Source: Fidelibacterota bacterium
GTDB lineage: Bacteria; Fidelibacterota; UBA2242
Length of the DNA: 56,910 nt
Assembly (NCBI GenBank): GCA_049975265.1
Contig: JBNGDF010000016.1
Location: forward strand, 1-56,910
Direction of reading: 5' to 3'
The first letter of the stretch is position 1. Every line of letters starts with the position of its first letter. The notes beneath the pieces were generated by a model. The model made no database searches. It was not told the DNA's origin and saw only the letters and a program-made list of their open reading frames with translations. This document shows, in pieces, positions 49,201 to 56,910 of this stretch. The translations under genes and the position numbers were made by a program.

Positions 49201-50822
49201 TAGCTCTGCCCCGCGGGGATTTTGAATTCACAGCCTCGTCCCGGCGGTTCATTTCCCGGAAAGTACCGGTCACTGTTGGTGATCAGGCGCTGGAGCTGAA
49301 TTTCAACCTGGATACCACCCGGGCGAGTATCCTGTTGATTGACGATGACAGCGGCAAGCGCTCTATCGATAAAATCAGTAATTATACGGTGTCCGAAAAA
49401 GCCGGCAAGGGCGCCGGCGCCGTAACTATAGACAGCCTGTTGAGAGCGGCGGGATTTTATGTTTTTCGGACAAGCTATACGAGCAGTCTGTATCAGGTGC
49501 TGGATAGCTATGATCTGGTAATATCTTCATCCGGGTCCAATGCCGATCCGGTTTTCAGCAGCGGATATCGTACGTTTCTGGAGTCCTATATTACCGGCGG
49601 CGGACGTCTTCTGATCGAAGGCGGAGAGTTGGGGTACGATGCCGTAAAAATTCCGGGCTATCCCGACTTTGCGAAAAATGTTTTGCATATTTCCGGCTGG
49701 GAAGAGGATCAGGCGGGACCGCTTTACCGGCTGGAATCTGACCATGAATTGGTGACAACTCCTCAGCCGCTGTCCTCTCAGTACGATATTCTCTATACAG
49801 GTTATGGAGATGAAGATGCCTGTATTCCCGCAGCGGACGCGGCGATTCTCTATTACAATCTCCGTCCGAACTATGGGGGGATTATTGTTTATGAAGACCC
49901 GAAAAACAGCCTGGGCAGCCGGATTGTATTCTATACATTCGCTTTTGATAAACTGCTCGATTCCGAGGGGCGTCGGCAATTACTCGAAAACACGGTTACC
50001 TATCTTCTGCGGGATCCCCGGTATGCAAAGGGTGATATCAACACCGATGGCTGGATCAATATTCTCGATCTGACCCGTATGATAAATATTATTCTGGGAA
50101 CCGCGAAGGAGGTTGCCGAATCTGAATTATGGGCGGCGGATTTGAACGGCGATGATGCCATAAATGTCCTGGATCTGGTCTGGACGATTAATATTATTCT
50201 TGAAAAAGAGGGCTTTGCAAAACCGACAAGCTCCAAAAACGGCAGCCTGGAGTTGAGTAGCAGAGACCAGCAGCTTTTTTATCAGTGCAGTGGAGCGGTT
50301 GCTGCATTGCAGATCGAATTTACGTCAGGTTGTCCGCTGGAACTGGCGGAAGATTTTAAGACCGGCGCCGATGTTTCCATCCAGCAGCAGAACAATATCC
50401 TGCTGGTCTACAGTCAAACCGGCGCGGCGATTCTTGACGATAGCGGTATTCTCGGCAGAATGGCTGATCCGGAAAAAATCGTCAGCATTTTGGCTGTCAA
50501 CCGATCGGGTGAGGCGGTTGAAGTTGAACTGAATTCAATTCCGGAACGATTTAGGCTTTACTGCAACTACCCGAATCCGTTTAATGCCGAGACCGTTTTT
50601 CGCTTTGATCTGCCGGAGGATACACATGTGTCTCTGGAAATTTACGACGTCTTGGGACACCGGGTTGCCACATTAATTCACGATAGAAAAAAACCCGGTC
50701 GTTATGAATTTCGCTGGAACGGGAAAAATTCCCAAAGTCAGAATTTAGCGTCCGGTATCTATTTTTACTGTCTGCATGCCGGCGATTTTGTGCAGATGCG
50801 TAAAATGATGCTGATGAAGTAG
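46266..50822 (+). CDS. Gingipain-like C25 cysteine peptidase with propeptide, Ig-like domains, dockerin, cohesin-like domain and T9SS-like CTD
   Basis: GAPQLP propeptide, WKRQSG, VLLVGD, PDLLIGRF, catalytic YSGHG and SNACLTG, YNILGDP; GDINTDG…ADLNGDD dockerin; NYPNPFN…RKMMLMK. Confidence 0.9.
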   Translation: MQKYSRHIFIVILIVCQQLGAVSINARRSYDLALREPNASEITLTFSIADILLAPVDIDGNTFTAVQIPETYACHVVGAPQLPLVRKLIRIPKNSRIETDVVVHSEELIDLSSAGYPDPIIPVQPYRRKSTPKREPFAMDQTIYQDDEYYTPATTDVHTPFNLGGIRAVALDFFPVSYNPVEHRLKVITEATVTVRIIEESVLRKALKKPAVHPEIERIARKVLINYDKEDTLLKAVLYPNILVITGDRFQDNPDLRAYLGWKRQSGFNLDVRSVSALGGTAESIRDSIRIRSRSATPPTHVLLVGDVADVPTWTGLAARTETDAPYVRLDDDYIPDLLIGRFAAADDAGLAAMIGKSLAYEQCRVSNIGAFNQVTFIASDDPDFWEVAEASHDYVIGTYLNNRGIGSTHLKGYSGAGTADILAALNAGNTICHYSGHGLADRWQGPQFLKGNIGEISSGTLPMLVISNACLTGSFAETECFGESWIRTTDRGAFAFIGASNSTYWEQDDIMERAMYDGYFRDGETGVGGMLYQGLLEVYMATLAMNDTTTFQYYYDVYNILGDPSIKSRIGIPAQTVASYRPVVEMTEDQFSLSVMNDDGWLTNAVVTLVQNERLIARGETGSDGPLVLPVNRSLLQMGDILLTVTHDEQIPLIDTLTVVSPLTIGIEPASVTVGQEALVTVTVQDENANPVEGAEIILAGWTVDSDSLLGMTDSTGLLEFNFRPKYGENLLISGRLPDETHNAFIETLAVTGAMSFSNPGISAGVNQFGIEGSLIPNQVGQVLGIAAEEEFGLSIRGCGVDTFSVSSSLEVIPKAVGQLRVALLKPGFTVYENLISVQRAYGTLVCYVHNADLAPLEEVGITGYRLPDMLNPIFYGITDSNGEFRYSPTLEVGYYRLTAEKFGYFDWVRDDTVKIDSNQFFIALPETPRTAVSGQVTGGTVQRPLDAVLMIDEYSTGSAKYYDSLEVSASDNGCYEIALPRGDFEFTASSRRFISRKVPVTVGDQALELNFNLDTTRASILLIDDDSGKRSIDKISNYTVSEKAGKGAGAVTIDSLLRAAGFYVFRTSYTSSLYQVLDSYDLVISSSGSNADPVFSSGYRTFLESYITGGGRLLIEGGELGYDAVKIPGYPDFAKNVLHISGWEEDQAGPLYRLESDHELVTTPQPLSSQYDILYTGYGDEDACIPAADAAILYYNLRPNYGGIIVYEDPKNSLGSRIVFYTFAFDKLLDSEGRRQLLENTVTYLLRDPRYAKGDINTDGWINILDLTRMINIILGTAKEVAESELWAADLNGDDAINVLDLVWTINIILEKEGFAKPTSSKNGSLELSSRDQQLFYQCSGAVAALQIEFTSGCPLELAEDFKTGADVSIQQQNNILLVYSQTGAAILDDSGILGRMADPEKIVSILAVNRSGEAVEVELNSIPERFRLYCNYPNPFNAETVFRFDLPEDTHVSLEIYDVLGHRVATLIHDRKKPGRYEFRWNGKNSQSQNLASGIYFYCLHAGDFVQMRKMMLMK

Positions 50823-50878
50823 TGTGACTATTGAACTTTTTTTGTCATCAAATTGTTATTGTAGAAGTGGTTTGTTTG

Positions 50879-50906
50879 GAAACTTTCGTCGGTTCGTTGA
50901 GTAAAA
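50879..50906 (+). promoter_or_regulatory. Putative ECF sigma promoter of degP
   Basis: GAAACT-N16-GTAAAA; a second GAACTT at 50833-50838. Confidence 0.4.
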
Positions 50907-50936
50907 CGGAATAAAATTGACAGGAGGAATGAATAC

Positions 50937-52454
50937 ATGAATCGAAAGCGACTAGCCCTGCTAACCGGCTCCATTTTATTGCTGATTGTTGGAGTGGTCA
51001 TTGGTGTAATGTTTTTTGGCAATTCGCCGGAGAAAATTGTCCTTTATGAGAGTCACAATAGAGATTCCGACGCTCCGGTAATACGCCCGGCGGCTTATGT
51101 TTCCACAGATGGTAAGCAACTGCCCTCGGTGGTGGACTTAAATGAAGCCTTTGTTCACATTGCGGAACATGTTAATCCGTCGGTGGTGACGATTACCACG
51201 ACGAAGGTTGTCAAGCTGCGCAGCAGCCAGCTCTTTCCCGGATTTGACGATGAACTCTTCTACCGCTTTTTTGGGATTCCGCCGAAAACCGAGCGCCGCA
51301 GTACCGCCCTGGGTTCCGGTGTCATTGTCGACAGTAAGGGCTACATATTGACCAATAATCATGTGGTCGAGCAGGGCGAAGAGATTATGGTACGTCTGAT
51401 TGATAACCGTGAATTCAAGGCGGAAATCATCGGTACGGATCCAAAGAGTGATCTGGCGGTGATAAAAATCGATGCCGACGACCTGCACCCGATCGTGCTG
51501 GGTGATTCTGATGAACTGCGGGTCGGCGAATGGGTGCTGGCGATCGGTTCGCCCTTTTCGGAAAATCTCGACCATACAGTCACCGCCGGAATCGTCAGCG
51601 CCAAGGGGCGCAGTGATATTTTGAGAAACGACATCTATCAGAGCTTCATTCAGACCGATGCCGCCATCAATCCGGGCAACAGCGGCGGCGCGCTGGTGAA
51701 TATCCGCGGTGAACTGGTGGGTATCAATACGGCAATCGTTTCCAGCGGTACCGCCGGCAATCTGGGGATTGGTTTTGCTATTCCGGTGAACATGGCAAAA
51801 AAGGTGCTCCATGATCTGCTTGAACATGGCAAGGTTATCCGTGCCTGGCTGGGTGTCACCATTCAGAATATTGATGACCGCACCGCCAAGGCGATGAAGT
51901 TAAACGACAGAAACGGTGTCCTTGTGGGTAGTGTCGTCAAGGACGGACCCGCCGATCGAGCCGGACTGGAGATTGGCGACGTAATCATTGAATTTAACGG
52001 AACCCGGGTAAAAAACGTCAGTCATCTGCAGCTTCTGGTGTCCAATTCGGAAGTCGGCAAAGAGCATGACGTGGTTATTATCCGCGGTAAGAAAACCAAA
52101 ACAATTAAGGTCAAACTGGAAGAGATGCCCGATGATCTTGCCGGACGGTCGGTCAAATCCCCGGAGTCTACATCAAAACTGGGGCTCATGGTGGAGGAAC
52201 TGACCCCCTATCTAGCCCGGCAGTACGGCATAGATGAAGACGAACAGGGTGTCCTGGTCACCGCTGTGGATCGGGACAGCGAAGCCGGACGGGCGTTGCG
52301 ACCAGGCGATTTGATCCAGCGGATCGGTGAACGCAATATCCGGAATATAGTTGACTATCATAAGGCGCTGGAAGAATCCGCCGGTGAATATATCCTGGTG
52401 CTGGTCAAGCGCAAAGACACGACCTTTTTCGTGACCCTGAAGATCGAAGAATAG
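50937..52454 (+). CDS. degP: Do/DegP (HtrA) serine protease with two PDZ domains
   Basis: LGSGVI, LTNNHVV, DLAVIK, QTDAAINPGNSGG, GIGFAIP, two PDZ domains. Confidence 0.93.
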   Translation: MNRKRLALLTGSILLLIVGVVIGVMFFGNSPEKIVLYESHNRDSDAPVIRPAAYVSTDGKQLPSVVDLNEAFVHIAEHVNPSVVTITTTKVVKLRSSQLFPGFDDELFYRFFGIPPKTERRSTALGSGVIVDSKGYILTNNHVVEQGEEIMVRLIDNREFKAEIIGTDPKSDLAVIKIDADDLHPIVLGDSDELRVGEWVLAIGSPFSENLDHTVTAGIVSAKGRSDILRNDIYQSFIQTDAAINPGNSGGALVNIRGELVGINTAIVSSGTAGNLGIGFAIPVNMAKKVLHDLLEHGKVIRAWLGVTIQNIDDRTAKAMKLNDRNGVLVGSVVKDGPADRAGLEIGDVIIEFNGTRVKNVSHLQLLVSNSEVGKEHDVVIIRGKKTKTIKVKLEEMPDDLAGRSVKSPESTSKLGLMVEELTPYLARQYGIDEDEQGVLVTAVDRDSEAGRALRPGDLIQRIGERNIRNIVDYHKALEESAGEYILVLVKRKDTTFFVTLKIEE

Positions 52455-52472
52455 ACAGCGGAATAGAATCAA

Positions 52473-52510
52473 AAAAAGCAGGTTTTCGGAAGCGAAAGCC
52501 TGCTTTTTCT
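52473..52510. terminator. Bidirectional intrinsic terminator
   Basis: AAAAAGCAGGTTTTCG-GAAG-CGAAAGCCTGCTTTTT between convergent genes. Confidence 0.85.
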
Positions 52511-52531
52511 GTTTTGGCAAATTCTCAGTCC

Positions 52532-52637
52532 TGACGGGTGAAGAGGTAGCAGGAATGAACCCCGGCATAACTCATAGCGGTCTTCCTGTGGTTCCCAATT
52601 TGAACCTGGGAGTGAGGGAAGCCTCTGAAAAGAACCC
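52532..52637 (+). ncRNA. Structured non-coding element resembling an IS110-family non-coding end, with no transposase
   Basis: Nested stems GGGT/ACCC, AGAGGT/GCCTCT, GCAGGAA/TTCCTGT, TTCCCA/TGGGAG. The family assignment is from recollection of motifs and is unverified. Confidence 0.45.
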
Positions 52638-55600
52638 CTACTTCATCAGCACCATCTTCCTGACTTGCTGAAACTCCCCCGCTCTGATCTGATAGAGATA
52701 GACTCCTGAAGGAAACAAAGATGCGTCCCACCGGATGTCATAGTGTCCGGCATTCTGATTCTGATTAATTAACGTTTCGATTAACCGGCCGGAAATATCG
52801 AATATCGATATCTCCACATGAGAATCTTCGGGAATCGTATATGAAATTGTCGTCGTTGGATTGAATGGATTGGGGTAGGACGACAGCAAATGATATTTTT
52901 CAGGATGGACTGCATCATCGTTAATTGGCGGTAAATCCGGAAATTGCTCTCTGACGTTTTCTGCAGCATCGGAATCAGGATATTTTTCAAGAATTGTTTT
53001 AAAGCAATTGCTCAAAGAGGCATGTGTGTTTTTTCCCAATCCAAAATTCTGGTTTTCGACCTCAGTACTGATTAAACCCTGTTCATACAATGACCAAGCC
53101 GCACTTTCTTCAAGACCCTGTTTCGACATATATCCTGCAACAACATGCTTTGATCTATTTAATGCTTCTGCGTAATGATGTTGTTTTGACAATAATGTCA
53201 CTGAATAGTCTTGTGCTACCAGGCCAGCAAGAGATTCCGGATATTTTCCTGTTAAGATATCCAATTTCTTTACGATATCTTCTTTTTTATCGATTTTGTT
53301 CCATATTCTTAAAAGGCTACTAATTGCAGGAAATACAATGTCATCATTTGGTGCCTCATGAAATAGTTCTTCAAGATATGACTCTGCCTCTTGATATTTC
53401 TCTTCATACTCATTTATATGGGCTAATCTTAATAGCTCAGATGCGAAGCTAAATGTCCCGCTTACTGATTTAGACATCTGATATCCTAAAGAACTGATTG
53501 TCGGATCAGTATCAACATTCCCGGAATTTGTCAGAGAACTCCATGAATTAACTTCAGCGGGAACAGTGTAACTGCTGTAATTTTTAATATGATATGTACT
53601 TGAACCAAGAATAAACGCATTAAAACCACCAAATATACCAAATTTAGTTCGTATATATGTACCAAGATCCACATACCCTGTCGAAGTAATGCAAACTCCA
53701 TATAGCCCATTGTCGGAAATTGTATTATTGACTTCATAAGTTTCAAAGCCATTTAACTCCATTGTTCTCATACACGATGAAGTACTGGATATATTGGTGA
53801 CATAAATGCCGTAGTAATTCTCAATTATATCACAGCTGGAAAAATATCCCTGGGCACGATTGAAATACATTCCGTAATAATTATCTTGAATATTGTTGTT
53901 GATAAGGTTTACATCACTTGTGTAATATAGCTTAATACCGTATCGATTATTGATATAGTCACAATTTTGAATTATTATATCTTCAGAATAATTTCCGTAA
54001 AACGCATTGTAGTTTTCTTCAAAATGTGAATGGTTAATTTCTCCATCTGTGCAATGATCCGCATAAATGGCATGATTAGCACCGTATACTTCCAGATAAT
54101 CTATGTTAAAAACACCGTAATCATATATTCTTACTCCGTCCCAATAACGCTAATAAGTACTACTCGGATCATCACGAGTAAATATAACGGGATATTCTGA
54201 AGTCCCATTAACTACAATATCACCATATACATGAAGCTGCTTCGCTGAAGCAAATTTAAATGTTACTCCATTTTCAACTGTTAATGTCACATCTTTTTTT
54301 ACAGTAATATCTTCCTCGACATATATCTCAATCCCATTATGGATAGTTGTGTTACCGCATATTAATGTATTTTCATCCCATGTTTGATTAACACTAATAT
54401 CACCAAATACTGACTTTGGATAATAATTAATGGTTAAATTACCATCTTCATCTTCATCAGTAATTAATATTGAAACCGTAGTTGATGGAGGATTTGTACA
54501 AGGAGTAAATGAATTTCTTTCAGTATAGTTAAATAAATCTTCTTGATCGCCTAGAAAATCAGGATGTGATTTTTTTCCAGCTGTTGTATATACATCTTTC
54601 AAGAGCAACTCATTCTTCCCGGACACTGGGTTTTCATTTGTCTGTTGAAATGGATACACATATACCGATCCACTCTTCAGCCAATCCCATTTGCCCTCTG
54701 CAGACTCAAGCTGTGTATAATAAATATCATTGTATATTTTACTTATTAATAGTCCATGACCTGGGGTCATTAATTCACCATAAGGATTTAACCATTGTGA
54801 ATCATAAAAACTTGATCCAGTTCTGTTCTCTATGATATAATGATAGTATGATCCCGGTATTGGAACACTGTAAATATCATTATCTGATATTGCATCAGTA
54901 ATTTCAAATGATGAAGTTGGTGTTTTATAACTAATCCACCCAAGTTTTTCTCTTTCGAAGCCAGTCATACATCCAACACCATAATCCATTAATCCCCAAC
55001 GTCTATGAGGATAATGTATTGCCCCAAATAAATAATGTCCAAATTCATGAATTAAGGTATTCATTTGATCTAGGCTATACATATCCTTTTGAATCGTACC
55101 GGAACCGGGAAAACCGGATTCAATTTGAACTCCATCAAACGTTAAAAAGTCTCCTGAGGGAAATGATGAAAACTTACCGGATAATGATGCAATACCAGAA
55201 TACCCACTACCTGCCGCATCAAGATTACCAGAACTAAATGTCCGGAAACACAATAAAATCATATCCACTATTCCATCATCATCTGTAGAACCATCATAGC
55301 GAGAAATTCCATCTGGACCATCATTGTCATATTTTGAATAGTTTATATATGGATCTAATTCAGTTAATATTTCTTCTGCTACATAGTGAATTCCTTTAGA
55401 ATTGCTGCGATAATAATACGACTGAGGATGTAACGGAATGTATAAATTCTCATATACATCACCAATCACATGATATTCTCCACTTGACATTTCATGATAA
55501 TAACCACTCATACTAGGATGTGAATATTGAGTTAATACTGTCGAAGATACAATATCACCAGCCCAAGTTGGAAGAGTATTAAGAGTATGAGGCCATAAAT

Positions 55601-55811
55601 CAGTGATTGGAGATTCTTCCAAAATATCATCTGAAAATTTGATAAATATTACTAAAACTTTCATTACACCTGACGATCTAATATATGGAGGAGTCCACGT
55701 TGCCTTACTACTTTTTACTACTAAATCGCTTTCTTCGTCAGGTACTTCTCCGTTTAAAAGTAATGTGAGAAAAATAAGAATAATGAGGAAAAACAATGTT
55801 TTACTTTTCAT
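52638..55811 (-). pseudogene. M6/immune-inhibitor-A-like metalloprotease with beta-helix, TPR-like region and T9SS-like CTD, interrupted by one in-frame TAG at 54150-54152
   Basis: KVLVIFIKFSD, HEFGH…WGLMDYG…EKLGWI, IIENR. ORFs 54150-55811 and 52638-53870 share a frame, and the 93 codons between them are stop-free. Ends SYPNPFNPTT…RKMVLMK. Confidence 0.85.
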
Positions 55812-55822
55812 AATAATACCCC

Positions 55823-56755
55823 TTATTTTAACAATGTCATTTTATTCGTAAATAGACCATAATCGGTTTTAAGATGAATTATGTATATTCCTACTGAACA
55901 AAAATTACCACTATCATCAAGACCGTCCCAATAGATCCTATAATTTCCACTTTCCTGAAATGAGATTATGAGTGTTTTGATTAATTTTCCACATATATTA
56001 TATATACATAGTGATATATTTGAATCTCTTGAAATAGTGTACGTAATAGTTGTTTGGATATTAAAGGGATTCGGATAATTACGGATATAATTATATTCCT
56101 TAGGAATTTGTTCTTCATTTAGATAAATACCTGTTTTGACAGTTGAGGTATCTCCAATTAGCAAACCGTTTATATACGCACCCCGGAGTTTTCTAACACC
56201 TCCTCCCTCATAATATTCTTCAAAAAGACCAACAGTTTCATTAAAAAGAAGGCTTGTCTGCGTTAAATAATCCCAATAGTAAGAAATGTTTTTACCTAAA
56301 CTGTCATACCAAATATTTTCAACCAACCAATATCCATCTACATCCCAAATATCTGTTTTGAATGTATCACCAACTTCGACATTCAGTTTTAAATATAATT
56401 GATCTCTATGTTCAAGTGGAAGTGTATTATCAAAATAATAATGGTATATATTTCCATTAGTATCAACTCTTTCATAGGTATAATAAGAAAAGGGTGTAAC
56501 AAAAAGATTCTGATTTAAGATTTTCTTATAGATGATTTGATTTGGTAGTGTTGTATCAGATATTACAGTTTTTGTTTCTATGTCAATTAATACATCATAC
56601 TGCATATATAGTTCATACACCCAGTAATCACCATCATGAAAAGCATATAATTCAGTCCCTATTAATCCGTTATTTTGCTGAGCGAAAGCAATACATTCAG
56701 GCAAAATTAACGTTAATATAAGTGGAAATATTAAAATTGACTTTTTATAACTCAT
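55823..56755 (-). CDS. Secreted protein with T9SS-like/FlgD C-terminal domain
   Basis: Signal peptide; GDYWVY, LNVEVGDTF, LRGAYING..IGD; NYPNPFN…WDG…KMTLLK; RBS AAGGAG. Confidence 0.85.
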   Translation of the reverse strand: MSYKKSILIFPLILTLILPECIAFAQQNNGLIGTELYAFHDGDYWVYELYMQYDVLIDIETKTVISDTTLPNQIIYKKILNQNLFVTPFSYYTYERVDTNGNIYHYYFDNTLPLEHRDQLYLKLNVEVGDTFKTDIWDVDGYWLVENIWYDSLGKNISYYWDYLTQTSLLFNETVGLFEEYYEGGGVRKLRGAYINGLLIGDTSTVKTGIYLNEEQIPKEYNYIRNYPNPFNIQTTITYTISRDSNISLCIYNICGKLIKTLIISFQESGNYRIYWDGLDDSGNFCSVGIYIIHLKTDYGLFTNKMTLLK

Positions 56756-56828
56756 ATTCGCTCCTTTTGTTCATCCTAATTTACCGAATAAATTAAGATG
56801 AAACAGCATCTGCAATTGTGGATGTCTC

Positions 56829-56872
56829 AGCCCCGCACAGAAGCCGCTACTTTTGTGCGGGGTTCTCTTTTT
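56829..56872 (+). terminator. Plus-strand intrinsic terminator-like hairpin antisense to the island leader
   Basis: 15-bp stem AGCCCCGCACAGAAG/CTTTTGTGCGGGGTT followed by CTCTTTTT. Confidence 0.6.
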
Positions 56873-56910
56873 GGTCCTGACTTCATTTCACACTCTCCTT
56901 TCATGTTTCC

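Larger units (their letters stand above)
52900..56910. other. AT-rich, probably horizontally acquired tract (runs off the window)
   Basis: Visible drop in GC and switch to A/T-ending codons relative to the rest of the window; boundary approximate. Confidence 0.75.

Noticed and set aside
483..52568. Many long antisense or alternate-frame ORFs in the track (e.g. 1874-2464, 4852-5529, 16527-17210, 19905-20507, 44104-44817, 51138-51827)
   Set aside because: Each overlaps a well-supported gene and has no recognisable motif; they are shadow ORFs.
52532..52637. Lysine riboswitch, SRP RNA or tRNA-Sec identity for the structured element
   Set aside because: AGAGGTAGC recalls a lysine riboswitch start, but the remaining helices and a downstream gene are missing. 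There is no SRP GGAA/AGCAG loop and no cloverleaf or CCA end.
50809..52651. Invertible degP segment bounded by the inverted 14-mer TGCTGATGAAGTAG
   Set aside because: The repeat follows from the conserved CTD end (L-M-K-stop), and no invertase is nearby.
52638..56755. Alternative genetic code (TAG=Gln) in the AT-rich tract
   Set aside because: Only one internal TAG occurs in over 1300 codons, and TAG also serves as the terminal stop.
1..56910. tRNA, rRNA, CRISPR-cas, integron or prophage genes
   Set aside because: None recognised by eye; a covariance-model scan would be needed to exclude divergent RNAs.

Overview
A bacterial chromosomal segment of moderate GC content. Several secreted proteins end in the NYPNPFN…K-M-x-L-x-K sorting domain and two carry dockerins, which points to an FCB-superphylum lineage such as Marinimicrobia, KSB1 or Calditrichaeota; this is inference only. 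The window opens on the right end of an IS21-family element. Housekeeping and transport genes follow: GT9 heptosyltransferase, copA, tag, a CPA2 antiporter, DMT, a ferritin-like protein, MscS, an OFA-type MFS transporter and MATE-MarR. Next come a speD-like/speB/deoxyhypusine-synthase-like polyamine operon, a CsgG-vWA protein, rarD and an aminotransferase. An arabinose operon has araD and araA in one uninterrupted ORF. After a flavin/outer-membrane cluster, mutM, pgi and a ZIP transporter comes a cluster of secreted peptidases (M14-dockerin, C25-dockerin-cohesin-like-CTD, DegP). An AT-rich tract from about 52.9 kb to the end holds an M6-like metalloprotease gene split by one in-frame TAG. The best leads are: (1) a structured non-coding element at 52532-52637 resembling an IS110-type end RNA with no transposase, joined exactly to the stop codon of the island gene; (2) a possible dockerin/cohesin peptidase complex; (3) the AraD-AraA fusion; (4) a probable arginine-to-homospermidine pathway with a switch-like leader; (5) a compact 6S-like RNA candidate; (6) an antisense sRNA/leader-ORF pair at the right edge. 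All family calls come from motif recognition by eye; no searches were run.
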